Shown here piece by piece: positions 1 through 12,860 of a DNA stretch of 64,000 bases. Both the position numbers and the translations under genes were made by a program. Under the pieces are notes generated by a model. The model was given only the letters and a program-made list of their open reading frames with translations. It was not told the DNA's origin and did no database searches. Source of the DNA: Narcine bancroftii (Eukaryota). The stretch is taken from contig NC_091473.1 in assembly GCF_036971445.1 (NCBI RefSeq), positions 170,376,001 through 170,440,000 of the forward strand. Direction: 5' to 3'. The stretch's first letter is position 1. Each line of letters opens with the position of its first letter.

Positions 1-399
1 TTTAAAACTAACGTATTTTTATACTCTTAGTCACTCTTAGAGACTTTTTTTCTCCTCCCCCCCCCCCCCCATACTTCCATTGCCCCATATCCCAACCTTA
101 TTCCTCTAGCTGTCCACTGTAGCCTGCCGGATCCATGACAAATCCTGGGAAAATTGAACAGAGACAAGGGCCACAAGCCCCCAAAGGGCAAGTAAAAGAA
201 ATAAAATTTAACAAAAAAGAGATGAAGACAACATAAAGTACTAATCAAATTCTACGCCCTTGTCCAGATGCATTACCTTTCCCTTTCTACTCCCTTTTAA
301 TCCTTCTTTTTCTCTCCCCCCCCCCCCCCCCCAACCAAACCTCTGGTAACTGGGCCTCTGTGTCATCACCATCCTCCTCCTTTCCACAGGCTGTGCATT

Positions 400-1905
400 T
401 TGCACCCATCTACTCCATCACCTCTCCACCCTTTCATATGTTCTACCAATAATGATATCACAAACAGTTAAATCTACTATTACTATTCTCAGATATAACT
501 ATTACTTACAATTTGTTCTTGTAAACAACAAAAACGCTAGCATTATCCATTTGGCATTATTTCTTGCAGACCATCAGCTGTTTCACAAACTCCTAGGCCT
601 TTTTGGCCTCTGACAAAAACTTTCTCACCACTTGGCATTACGATTTTTAGAGTTGTCGGATATCTAGGGATACTTTTGTATCCTTTCTGCTTGGCCATTC
701 TTTTTATTGGCTTGAATGCTTTTCTTTGTTTTAGGAGGGCCACACTTGAGTCTGGGTCGAATAAGATCTTTTTTTTCCCCCTCCAGCTCCATTGCCCCAC
801 CCCCTGCTTTCACCCTAACTGCTACTGCACTTAAAATTTTCGCACAGTCGTGGTAACACAGGAGCTTCGCCAGCACCGAGTGTGGCTTTTGACCAGGGTG
901 CGGGAACGGAGTCGGATAGGCCCAGTTTCTCCCTTCCCAAGACTTCTGGCACCCGGCATTGGGGGATCCCTCCCTTCTTTACCTTCTGGCAACCTCACAA
1001 TCTTTATGGTGCACCTCTGGCCATGATTTTCTAAAGTGTTGATCTTCTCCCAGAGGCATCCTCTTACTGTATTGCATGAGGGCAACCTTCCTCTTTAATT
1101 TGTTTATTCTGTCCTCGTTATCTCCAGTTTTCTTCTGCTTCAGATACCCTTCTTCACAGGCCAGTTAGGGCATTCTCCCATCTATCAATTTGGCTGTATG
1201 ACTCTCCTGTTTTTTTTCCTTTGTCCCTGGCCCCTCTCTCCTTCATTCTTTCCATGGCCTGTAGGATATCTTGTAGGGAGGGCTCTGTGGCCCCTCCCCC
1301 TCTTGCCGATGCCTGCTTTCTCCCTCTGTGGGTCCCAGGTCCTCCCTGCAATTTTTATCACGACGCTGCCTCCAGTCTCCTCTTCACTGTCAGCCTCGCT
1401 AGAATCACCCGATACAGGGTTGAGGTCTGCCGCGTCCCCAAGTGAATCGCTCCCACTGCCCATTATGTTGTGCTCCCAGGTGCTCTTTACTCTTCCTCAG
1501 GATGGGGAGGGACGCAACACCCTCCACCTCCTGAAGCTCTGATCCCTCTGCAGCCCCCTTGTCTCCCGACACTCGGCTGGAGATCATGTCACCTGATCTC
1601 CTCAGTCACCCTTGGCAAGACGGATCTCTGTTGACGGGGCCTCCCGGGCTTTGGGGCTGGACTTGACGTCGACATCTTGGTCCCCACAAGGTGGACTGGA
1701 TTGGGTGCCAATCATTCCTCCAACCTTGCTAGCTTCCTTTGTCTAGCTGATGTTCTTTCCCATTGTTGCAAAATAGGAACTTTTATTTATTTGTTTTTGT
1801 TGTTCTTGGGGCTTGCTTCTCTTTTAAACTGTTTTTAATTCTCTTGGTCAGGGAGCTCTGGCAGTCGACGTCCTGCTACTCACTCCTCATCACATGACCT
1901 CAATT
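400..1905 (-). mobile_element. L1/Tx1-like LINE 5' end and decayed ORF1
   Basis: ORF fragments LENHGQRCTIKIVRLPEGKEG and KILFDPD...RYPTTLKI resemble the L1 ORF1p RRM/CTD. Confidence 0.75.
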
Positions 1906-1909
1906 TTCC

Positions 1910-3260
1910 ATTGTTTCCAGTAACCCAAGTCCACTCCCATCACCAGCCACATCTTTCCACATCAACCCCATCTGTTTCTTGCAGGGTTCAGTTTCTCTGA
2001 GACCCCAGTCAAATTTTATGTGGTAATTATAGAAAGACTAAAACTTGTCTATCCAACCAGGGCCAGAAATGGACCTTCCAGGTGAGGTCGAGCTTCAGAT
2101 GCACATCCAAACTAATTACTGCATTTGGTGTACTCAGTATGGCCTCCTTTATGTGTATGAGACCAAATACTGATCGGGTGATCGCTTTGATGAACACATA
2201 TGCTCTGTTTGTGGGAGCAAAATGAACTTCCTGTGGCAAACCATTCCCACTTCGCCCTCCTCTCCAACATTCCTGCACAGATTGTCCTTTGCCTCATCCA
2301 TTATCACAGTGAGGCCAAACATAAACAACGAACAATGCATCATGCTCCTTCTGATCAACCTGAAACCCAACGGCATCATCGTAGATTTTTTTTGCAATGT
2401 CAAGTCACTTCTACCCCTAGCTGTTTTCAGTTCTTCTTTACCTATTCCAATATTTTTTTCTCTAACTCCCTCAATTTCTGTCATTCCCAGAGGTCCCTTC
2501 CTGTACCTGTCTCTCCACTTCTTGCATCTTGTATTCAATCCCCAATCACCTCTTGGCTTCTCCCCTGCTTCCCCCCACCCCCATGTATGTAATATCACTT
2601 CCTTTTTACTTTTAAGCAAAGATACTGACCAAAAACTTTGTTTATACCCATGCGACCTGCAAACCCCTCTCCCCACCCCTCCTCCCCCCCCCCCACCTGC
2701 CAAGTTCTTTCTGTAGCTCATTGTTTACTCAATGTAACAGTATCTGCAGTTTTTAATGTTTCATTTCATTCATTAAATCATCTAGGATTGTATTCGCTGG
2801 AGTTCAGAAGAATGAGAGGAGATCTTATAGAAACGTATAGGATTATGAAGGGTATAGACAAGATAGATGTTGGAAGGTTTTTTGAGCTGGCTGGGAAAAC
2901 TAAAACGAGAGGACACAGTCTCAAGATTCGGCGGAGTAGATTTAGGACAGAGATGAGGAAAAATAGTTTTTCCCAGAGAGTAGTGAATGTTTGGAATTCC
3001 CTAACCAGGGAAGTGGTTGAGGCTGCCTCATTAAACATATTTAAAATTCGGTTAGATATATTTTTACATGATGGAGGAATTAGGGGATATGGGGAGAAGG
3101 CAGGTAGGTGAAGATAGGTCATAAATTAGATCAGCCATGATCGTATTGAATGGCGGAGCAGGCTCGATGGGCCATTTTTGGCCTACTTCTGTTCCTACTT
3201 CCTATGTTCCTATTCATTCTCCAGATCATCAAATCATCCTGAACACTGAGTTCTTCCACT
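1910..3260 (+). mobile_element. Penelope-like element remnant (GIY-YIG end and tail), interrupted by CR1
   Basis: Degenerate FQVR..F.CTS...YCI.C....LY..ET coding at 2070-2220. The tail resumes after 3212. Confidence 0.65.
2778..3212 (+). mobile_element. CR1 LINE 3' end (young, 5'-truncated)
   Basis: LGLYSLEFRRMRGDLIETY...FSQRVVNVWNSL, followed by 3'UTR and ttcctatg-type tail. Confidence 0.92.
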
Positions 3261-4205
3261 TGAACTTCCATTTGATTTTCTGGATGTAAATTTTAAAATT
3301 CCCATAATTATTGCAATAACTTTTCAACAAGCTTGCATTATTTCTCTTGTTTGGTTAATGTTCAGGTGATTTATACATGACTAACACAAGCGGCACCTTG
3401 CCTTGATTATTTATGATTAACATCCTAATTGTTTTTTTTTTTATGTTTTTGGATAATCCATTTCTTTTGCACCAAGACTATCATTAACTAACATAGACAG
3501 TCATCCACTTGTTGCTTTGCTTCCTGTTATAGTCATCGAAACAGGCCCTTCAGCCCAGAAAATGTGCCAGATGATTGGAAGATAGCAAATTGAATTTAAT
3601 TTAGATAAGTGGAAGGTGATGCATTTCAGAGGAAGGGGCTTGGGTGTATGAAAGAGTCAAAGGATGGCATTCAGAATGTCCAAGGATCCATGGAGATGGT
3701 GACACAGGTATACAAGGCAGTTAAGAAAACTTATCATGCACACCTACATTAACTGATCCAAAGAATCCAAGAACAGCTTGTAGAGTACAATGATATAAAA
3801 CATTAATTAGACCATATGTTGTCAGCACATTATAGGAAAGATTGGATTTGACTGGAGGGGATGCAGAAGAAGTTCAGTCTGGTTTTCTCTGGGATGAAAC
3901 ATTTTAGCCTTCAGGGCAGAGTACATCATAAAGTTGTACAACATGACAATCAGCTGCACTATGTCAATTCTGTTGTGCCTCTCCATACTAATCCCATTTA
4001 AGCACCATAATTCCATGGTTTTTCTGTCTTTTTTCATTTCAATAGTTGTCCAGATGCCTCTTCAATGTTGTTACTATTCTTGCCTCCGCTGCCCACCTTT
4101 GACAGTTCATTCCAGATGCCAACTGCTCTTTGTGGGAGGGGTAAAAAGGCTGGGATTGTTTTGGAGCAGTGAAGCCCTCAGAAATATTCAAAACTGAGCG
4201 ATCTG

Positions 4206-6645
4206 ATTCTGTGAAAGGAATGGATGGGTTAGAGTTTGTGAAATGTGTGCAAGATAGTTTTTTACAACAATATGTAGAGGTGCCGACCAGAGAAGGAGCA
4301 GTGTTAGATCTACTGTTGGCAAATGGGATGGGTCAAGTGATGGAGGTTAGTGTTGGAGAGCACTTCGGGTCCAGTGATCATAATGCCATCAGCTTCAATG
4401 TCATTATGGAAAGAGAGAAATCAGGGCCAAGGATTGAGGTTTTTGATTGGGGAAAAGCTAGATTTGAGGAGATGCGAAAGGACTTGCAGGGTGTGCATTG
4501 GGACAATTTGTTTTATGGGCAGGATGTAGTAGAGAGATGGAAGTCTTTTAAAGATCAGATTTTGAGAGTGCAAAAGCTTTATGTTCCTGTTAGGTTAAAA
4601 GGAGGGGCAAAAGGTTTGAGAGAGCCGTGGTTTTCAAGGAATATTGGAAACTTGGTTCGAAGAAAAAGGGAGGCGTACATTAGATATAAGAAGCATGGAG
4701 TTAAGGAGATGTTTGAAAGATACATTGAATGTAAGAGGAATCTTAAGAGAGGAATTAGGAAAGCTAAAAGAAGGTACGAGAAAACTATGGCAAGCAGGGT
4801 GAAAACTAATCCAAAAGAGTTCTACAAATATGTTAATGGTCAGAGGAAAGCTAGAGACAAAATTGGTCCCTTAGAAAATCAGAGTGGAAAACTGTGTGTG
4901 GAACCTAGAGAAATGGGGGAGATATTGAACAGTTTCTTTTCTTCGGTATTCACTAAGGAGAAGGATATTGGGAGATGTGGGATAAAAAAAGCAAATTGGG
5001 TAAATATGGGGAATATAGAGATTACAAATGGTGTAGTTTTAAGGCTTTTGAAGAATATAAAGGTGGATAAGTCTCCGGGACCAGACGGGATCTTCCCCAG
5101 GACATTGAGAGAAGTGAAGGAGGAAATAGCAGAGGCTCTGGCGGTAATTTTTCAAATGTCATTAGATATGGGGATAGTGCCGGAGGATTGGCGCATTGCG
5201 CATGTGGTTCCGTTATTTAAAAAGGGTTCAAGGAGGAAGCCTGGCAACTATCGGCCTGTAAGTTTGACGTCTGTGGTAGGTAAATTAATGGAGAAAATTC
5301 TTAGAGATAGTACTTATAAACATCTGGATAGACAGGGTCTGATCAGGAGCACTCAACATGGATTTGTGGGAGGAAGGTCATGTTTGACCAATCTGATTGA
5401 ATTTTTTGAAGAGGTGACTAGGAATGTGGATGAGGGTAGCGCAGTGGATGTTGTCTATATGGACTTCAGTAAGGCCTTCGATAAGGTACCACATGGAAGG
5501 TTAGTTAGGAAGGTGCAGTCTTTAGGTATAAATTTTGAGATAGTCAAATGGATTGAACATTGGCTGAAAGGGAGAGGCCAGAGAGTGGTAGTGGATAATT
5601 GTCTGTCAGGTTGGAGGCCGGTGACCAGTGGTGTGCCTCAAGGATCTGTATTGGGCCCATTGTTGTTCATTATATACATTAATGATCTAGATGATGGGGT
5701 GGTGAATTGGATTAGTAAATATGCAGACGATACTAAGATAGGTGGAATAGTGGATAATGAAGAAGGTTTTCAAGGATTGCAGAGGGATTTGGGCTGCTTA
5801 GAAAAGTGGGCTGAAAAATGGCAGATGGAATTTAATGCTGATAAGTGTGAGGTGCTTCATTTTGGTAAGAAGAATCAGAATAGGACATATGTGGTAAATG
5901 GGAGAGCATTGAGAAATACAGAAGAGCAGAAAGATTTAGGAGTGACGGTACATCATTCCCTGAAGGTAGAAACTCACGTGAATAGGGTGGTGAAGAAGGC
6001 TTTTAGTATGCTGGCCTTTATCAATCATTGCATGGAATATAGGAGTTGGGAGGTGATGTTGAGATTGTAAAAGACGTTGGTGCGGCCTAATTTGGAGTTC
6101 TGTGTGCAGTTCTGGTCGCCTAATTATAGGAAGGATATGAACAGAGTGGAGAGAGTGCAGAGAAGGTTTACCAGAATGTTGCCTGGGTTTAAGCATCTGG
6201 AGTATGGGGAGAGATTGGACAGATTGGGTCTTTATTCTTTGGAGCGTAGAAGGTTGAGAGGGGATTTGATAGAAGTATTTAAGATTACGAAAGGGATAGA
6301 CAGAATGGATGTGGATAGACTATTTCCGTTAAGAGGAGGAAAGTTTAAAACAAGAGGACATGAGTTAAGAATTAAGGGGCAGAGGTTTAGAGGTAACATG
6401 AGGGGGAACTTCTTTACTCAGAGAGTGGTAGCTGTGTGGAATGATCTTCCGGGAGAAATAGTGGCGGCGGAGTCAATTGTATTATTTAAGAAAAGGTTGG
6501 ACAGGTATATGGATGAGAAGAAGATGGAGGGTTATGGGCATTGTGCAGGGAGGTGGGATTAGAAAGGGGTGTTTGGTTCGGTGCGGACTAGAAGGGCCTA
6601 ATGGCCTGTTTCCGTGCTGTAATTGTTATGTTATGTTATGTTATG
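4206..6645 (+). mobile_element. CR1 LINE ORF2 (endonuclease end + RT), near-intact, one in-frame stop
   Basis: 633-aa ORF with SDH, NYRPVSLT, GVPQGSVLGP and YADD. TAA at 6068-6070, then in-frame continuation and (tgtta)n tail. Inserted in an older CR1 spanning ~3560-6900. Confidence 0.95.
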
Positions 6646-7334
6646 AGTAGGTAGAGAGAATTTTTTTTATCCCTTGGCCATGGGATTAAAGAAAAGATTA
6701 AGATATTGAGAGGAGATTGGAGAAATAATCTTTTCATTTGTGTGATGACTGAAATCTGGACTGCATTGTCTAAGACAGGTACTGTCTCAAACTTCATATA
6801 TCTGGATGACCAATTGAAATATCAAGTGCTAAGTGCTAGAATGTTGGAGTAATCAAGATTGGTCCTTCATGACTGGTATGGAAATGGTGTGTTTTTATAC
6901 TCTTTTAGTTCATGATCATCCATTTGTCATTGAGGAAGTTATGAAATAATGCAATGCATGAAGATTCCTGGAGGGACAGAGGAGGAGGAGATTTTTGGAA
7001 AATTATAAAAGGGTCGTTAAATAATTGAGGGGCAAAATTGTGTATAAATTAACAAGAAAAATAAAAATGGTTGTTAAATATACAAGAAATTATTTTGTTG
7101 TTGTTGGGGAAATGGTGCCTTCATGGATGAAAGTAGAATTAATATTGAGAAAATGCAAAAGCTTCAATAAGTTTTTCATGCCTTCACATCAGCAAACATC
7201 TTTAAGAAAATCAGGAGGCAAAAGAAAGAGAGAGGAAGAAACTTAAAATAATTATCTCCAGAGGGGAAAAAAAAATCAACTGAAAAAACACTGGACTGTA
7301 CTCCAGGATCTGAAAAGATGCAACTTCAGAGAAA

Positions 7335-8735
7335 ATGGATAAAGTCAGATTACCACTGGAGGGGCTGAGCACTGTGATCAACAGTCATGGGACAGCACAC
7401 CGTTGTGCCTTCCTGATCATTCTTGGGGACTTCAATCAGGCCAACCTGAAGAAGTCTCCAACGAACTGCCACCAGCAAGTTGCCTGTGTAACCAGAGGAG
7501 CGAACACATCTGACCACTCCTGTTGTTGCTACAACTCCATAAAGAATGCCGACAGAGCCACCCCACGACTGGACTTTGGCAAGTCTGATCACCTGGCGGT
7601 ACTTCTACTCCCAGCATACAGAGGACTGAGGACTACAGCACCAATGGTAAAAGCTGTAAGAATGGTCGAGGGAGGGGGAATGAGTGTCTGCAGGATTGCT
7701 TTGAATTGGTGGATTGGACCAAATTCAAGGACTCACTTCTAAGACATAAATGAATATGCAACATGTCACCAATGTCATCAAGACCTGAGAAGACAGGTGT
7801 GTGCCCACACGCACAAATTGGGTGTTCCCCCAACCAGAAGCCTTGGATGAATCTGAAGATTTGTAGCCTGCTCAGGGCAAGATCAAGGGCATTTAAGGCT
7901 GGTGATCCAGATCTGTACAAGAAGTACAGGTATGACCTCTGGAAGGCTGTCTCAGCAACAAAGAAGCAATCCCAGAGAAGCAAACAGATATTTCCCAGTT
8001 TTGGCAGGGGTTGCAGGCTTTTATATCCTACAAAGCAAGGTTAAACATCATAAATGGCTGTGTGGCAGAATACATGAACCAATCCTCAGGGGTCAACAAG
8101 GGACAGGGTCAAGAACTTCAAATTCCTGGATGTCAACATCTTTGAGGATCTGCCCTGGAGCTTCCATGTCGATGCAATCATGAAAAAATTTGTCAGTGGC
8201 TGTACTTAGGAGTTTGAAGAGATCTGGTATGTCACTGAAGACGCTCGAAAGCTGTTACAGGTGCACACTGGAGAGCATTCTGGTTGGTTACGTCACTGTC
8301 TGGTCTGAAGGTGCCAAAACTCGCTACAGGAAAAAAATCTCTAGCAGATTGTTAACTTGGCCTGCAACATCGCAGGCACCAATCTTCACTCCATTGAGGA
8401 TATCAACAAGAGTGGGTGGCTTTACAAATCAGCCTCTATCCTTGAATTCCCACCACCCAGGTCATGCTTTCTTCACTCTGCTACCATCGGGGGGGGGGGG
8501 GGGGGGGGGGAGGGGGGGAGGGGGGAGGTACAGGAGCCTGAGACAAGCACTCAGTGACACAAGGACACCTTCTTCCCCTCTGAGATCATTCTGAATGATC
8601 AATGAACCACAGACACTACCCCGCTTTGTATTTTTCTTGCACTATTTATTTTGAAACATGGTTTATATAAATGTTTGCATTGTGATGCTGCCGCAAAACA
8701 ATAAATTTCATGTGTTCATGACAAATTCTGATATA
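7335..8735 (+). mobile_element. Rex1/Babar-type LINE remnant
   Basis: GDFNQANLK, GKSDHLAVLLLPAY, PNQKPWMN, YRCTLESIL; 3' end acaaattctgat. Confidence 0.8.
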
Positions 8736-9806
8736 TTGGTTACAATCTTCTAAAATTCCTTCAGCTTCTTCAGTAGTCAGCAAATATGGTTTCCTGTTTG
8801 AGGGAGGATTTGAGAAGGCAAGAAACAAAGATTATTAGATTGTCTGGAAAATGTTGGAATCTATTAAAGTATTTAGATGGCTAATGGCCAGGAAAATTCT
8901 GGGAATGGTTTCAGGTGAGTGGGTGAAAATTTGGAGGAGATTTGGAAGTAAGTTTTAACTTACTAGAGCTAGAGGCTAGTACAATAGGGACATTCAACAA
9001 CCACTTGGATAGTCACATAGGTGTAAGAAAAATATAATGTTTTGTGAGGTAGGAAAGTTAGATTTTGGAGTAGGATGGTAGAGGTCAGAACAGCATCATG
9101 GACTGAAAAGCCTGTACTATGCTGTTATGTTCTATGTCAAGAAAATGTAAACAAAGGTGTTGAATAATGATTCTGTTTACTTTATTCCCTTTCATTATCA
9201 ATTTCTTGGTCTTTTGCTGAGTTCTAAAATGCACCCAATTCTCAGGCCTGTTGATTTTTCTGCCAACTTGTATAATCCTTGATGTATTATCTTCAATTCA
9301 GCTGAAATCTGCTTTGACAGATGAATTTCACCGGTTTTAATGTAGTGATTGCCTATCCACTACACTATAAAATTTTAAATTTGTAAATTATCTAAATTAC
9401 AAGTTGTAATTTCCAGGACTCCTTGTAAAATGGTGAATGTAAGCTGTTGTTGATGTGATTGATAGCAAGCTTCCAGATAAGAGAGATCGGTCACAGATTG
9501 GGAGATCGCTGAGCATCTCTTCTCTGTCTGCAACCACAGCGACCTCCCATTTCATTTCTGAGTCACACTCACATATCTGTCCATGGCCTTTTGCATGATC
9601 CAACCCCGACCATCCGCAGATTGGAGGAACACCACCTTATCTTCCAACTTGGCACTCTCCAGTCAAATGGCATTAACATTTACTTCTCTGCTTTCTGCTA
9701 AACTTGCTCGCCTTTGCTTTCATGTCTCTCCTCCCTTCCCTCTTACCCACCCAGCCATCCCTTCTCCTCCTCATTGCTGCTGTCCCTCCCTCCCCTCATC
9801 CACCAA

Positions 9807-12060
9807 CCATATTTTAATACATATAATGCATGGGTTATATACGTATTTTACAAACCAGGTATCAACCTTCCCTACATGTTATATGCGTGTGTGCGCTACA
9901 TGAGAATATTTTTAAATGTTGAAAAAATGTGCACAATTAATACTGACCATGGGAAAGACGTGCTGGAAATTTATAGTGAGCATGGGAATATAATTGATGC
10001 ATTGAAAGAATGCACACAATTAATGGCAGCAGTGGGAATGACATGCCAGCAATTTATAGGGAGTGTGGGAAATTTTGATCTTGGGAATATCTTTTTGTAC
10101 TGAATGCCATGGTATTCCAATAAACAGGACATCTGGCTCAGGCACTGCACCTTATCAATGTTAATTGTCCAGACTCCTCCCTGAGGGAGGAGATTAACAT
10201 ATCAAGTGCTTCTGATTTGAGAGCATTAGAATTAAAATCCTGCTCAACTCTGAAGCCTGTCTTCGATCTATTTAATTGATTCCTCTCCAAAGCTCGTTAA
10301 TGTGTTGCAGCAGGATATTGTCTGTATAATGGGTGAATGACACATCTGGGGGAAATTGATGGTGTTAATTGAGGGAGAAGTTGGTGGTGTTAATTGAGGG
10401 AGAAGTTGGTGGTGTTAATTGAGGGAGAAGTTGGTGGTGTCAATTGAGGGAGAAGTTGGTGGTGTCAATTGAGGGAGAAGTTGGTGGTGTCAATTGAGGG
10501 AGAAGTTGGTGGTGTCAATTGAGGGAGAAGTTGGTGGTGTCAATTGAGGGAGAAGTTGGTGGTGTCAATTGAGGGAGAAGTTGGTGGTGTCAATTGAGGG
10601 AGAAGTTGGTGGTGTCAATTGAGGGAGAAGTTGGTGGTGTCAATTGAGGGAGAAGTTGGTGGTGTTAATTGAGGGAGAAGTTGGTGGTGTTAATTGAGGG
10701 AGAAGTTGGTGGTGTTAATTGAGGGAGAAGTTGGTGGTGTTAATTGAGGGAGAAGTTGGTGGTGTTAATTGAGGGAGAAGTTGGTGGTGTTAATTGAGGG
10801 AGAAGTTGGTGGTGTTAATTGAGGGAGAAGTTGGTGGTGTTAATTGAGGGAGAAGTTGGTGGTGTTAATTGAGGGAGAAGTTGGTGGTGTTAATTGAGGG
10901 AGAAGTTGGTGGTGTTAATTGAGGGAGAAGTTGGTGGTGTTAATTGAGGGAGAAGTTGGTGGTGTTAATTGAGGGAGAAGTTGGTGGTGTTAATTGAGGG
11001 AGAAGTTGGTGGTGTTAATTGAGGGAGAAGTTGGTGGTGTTAATTGAGGGAGAAGTTGGTGGTGTTAATTGAGGGAGAAGTTGGTGGTGTTAATTGAGGG
11101 AGAAGTTGGTGGTGTTAATTGAGGGAGAAGTTGGTGGTGTTAATTGAGGGAGAAGTTGGTGGTGTTAATTGAGGGAGAAGTTGGTGGTGTTAATTGAGGG
11201 AGAAGTTGGTGGTGTTAATTGAGGGAGAAGTTGGTGGTGTTAATTGAGGGAGAAGTTGGTGATGTTAATTGAGGGAGAAGTTGGTGGTGTTAATTGAGGG
11301 AGAAGTTGGTGGTGTTAATTGAGGGAGAAGTTGGTGGTGTTAATTGAGGGAGAAGTTGGTGGTGTTAATTGAGGGAGAAGTTGGTGGTGTTAATTGAGGG
11401 AGAAGTTGGTGGTGTTAATTGAGGGAGAAGTTGGTGGTGTTAATTGAGGGAGAAGTTGGTGGTGTTAATTGAGGGAGAAGTTGGTGGTGTTAATTGAGGG
11501 AGAAGTTGGTGGTGTTAATTGAGGGAGAAGTTGGTGGTGTTAATTGAGGGAGAAGTTGGTGGTGTTAATTGAGGGAGAAGTTGGTGGTGTTAATTGAGGG
11601 AGAAGTTGGTGGTGTTAATTGAGGGAGAAGTTGGTGGTGTTAATTGGGGGAGAAGTTGGTGGTGTTAATAGGGGGAGAAGTTGGTGGTGTTAATTGAGGG
11701 AGAAGTTGGTGGTGTTAATTGAGGGAGAAGTTGGTGGTGTTAATTGAGGGAGAAGTTGGTGGTGTTAATTGAGGGAGAAGTTGGTGGTGTTAATTGAGGG
11801 AGAAGTTGGTGGTGTTAATTGAGGGAGAAGTTGGTGGTGTTAATTGAGGGAGAAGTTGGTGGTGTTAATAGAGGGAGATTAACTGTGGTAGAAACTGGTA
11901 TGTGCTTTGTCTCGTCCAATTTAAATACAAATTGATTTTTGCCAGTCAGAATTTAGAAGACAACATCCATGTGTTATATGCATGTATACGAAAATATTTT
12001 TACACACATATAACATGAAGATAATCAAATTATGTGCGTGCTATACGAGTGAAAATATGC
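9807..12060. mobile_element. TcMar (Tc2/pogo-like) non-autonomous DNA transposon containing the minisatellite
   Basis: Degenerate TIRs ccatatttt... / ...aaaatatgc. Apparently inserted at a TA within the Penelope tail. Confidence 0.5.
10356..11878. repeat. 25-bp minisatellite (TTGGTGGTGTTAATTGAGGGAGAAG), ~61 copies
   Basis: Directly visible, near-perfect head-to-tail array with no spacers. Confidence 0.98.
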
Positions 12061-12524
12061 TATTATCTCCTGCCTTTGCCACCCCCCGCCCTACACTTTT
12101 GTTCAGACTCCTGTCGGCATTCTCAAACCTTGATGAAGGGCTCAAGCCCCAAATGTTGGCTATGTATTTCTACCTTTGTTACATAAAGGGCACTGTTTGA
12201 CCTGCTGAGCTTCTCCAGCTTTTTGGGTTTTTTTTACTTCATCCACACCATCTACAGATTTTCATGATTTACCAGATAGGGTGCATGTCTTGGTGAAATG
12301 GAAGCAGATTTGGTTAGATTTTTTAATTCCAGCTAGTTTTCTCTCTCATCATCATCTCTTGGACAAGACTTGTTTCAGGAATGCCATTGCTTTTGTTCTG
12401 GAATGTATCCCTGTACCACTGTGGCACAAAGAACACCAGGCAAAGCCAACTGTTGAAGAAACAGCAGTCACCCAAGTTCAAAAGACATGGGGATAGTCAG
12501 TTCATTGGTCACGTTAATGTATAT

Positions 12525-12860
12525 CAGGGGTGGCCAAACTTACTTCACTTAAGAGCCACATATGATAAACTTCAGTTGTTTGAGAGCCACACAACGTGAA
12601 ATATTGCATACATGTTTTACTCATTTTTGTGACAAAAATGTAACATAAATATTAAGAAATACATGCATGTATGTCATATTAATTCACATGTATTTTTAAA
12701 CATAATTTGTATTAATTTCAATAATCAAAATGTACACAGGCATAACAATTTCAATCACAAGCCGCACCAACTCATCTGAATCCGATCTCAACACATTGTT
12801 GTGAGCCGCACATGTCAAAGAGACACATGTGGCTCATGAGCCATAGTTTGGCCGCCCCTG
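12525..12860. mobile_element. hAT (Charlie-like) MITE
   Basis: TIRs CAGGGGTGGCCAAACT / AGTTTGGCCGCCCCTG; imperfect 8-bp TSD atgtatat/gtgtataa. Confidence 0.85.

Larger units (their letters stand above)
9480..12270 (+). mobile_element. Penelope-like 3' fragment split by a DNA transposon
   Basis: Left part 9480-9805 and right part 12061-12270 join as in the copy at 53040-53515. Confidence 0.6.

Noticed and set aside
4169-6070. 633-aa RT ORF as a novel or domesticated gene
   Set aside because: Ordinary 5'-truncated CR1 ORF2. The listed start lies in flanking older CR1 DNA and there is a premature stop.
3260-7220. Further minus-strand pieces of the relic gene (SYCNNYGN at ~3310; hydrophobic stretch at ~7060)
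   Set aside because: Similarity is too short to separate from chance by eye; worth including in the blastx test only.
8489-8527. Long G runs (also 42226-42246 and C runs at 56-70, 316-332) as G-quadruplex elements
   Set aside because: Homopolymer expansions inside TE debris; lengths are unreliable in assemblies and there is no functional evidence.
10356-11878. CRISPR-like array
   Set aside because: Units are head-to-tail with no unique spacers, there are no cas genes, and the context is a vertebrate intron.
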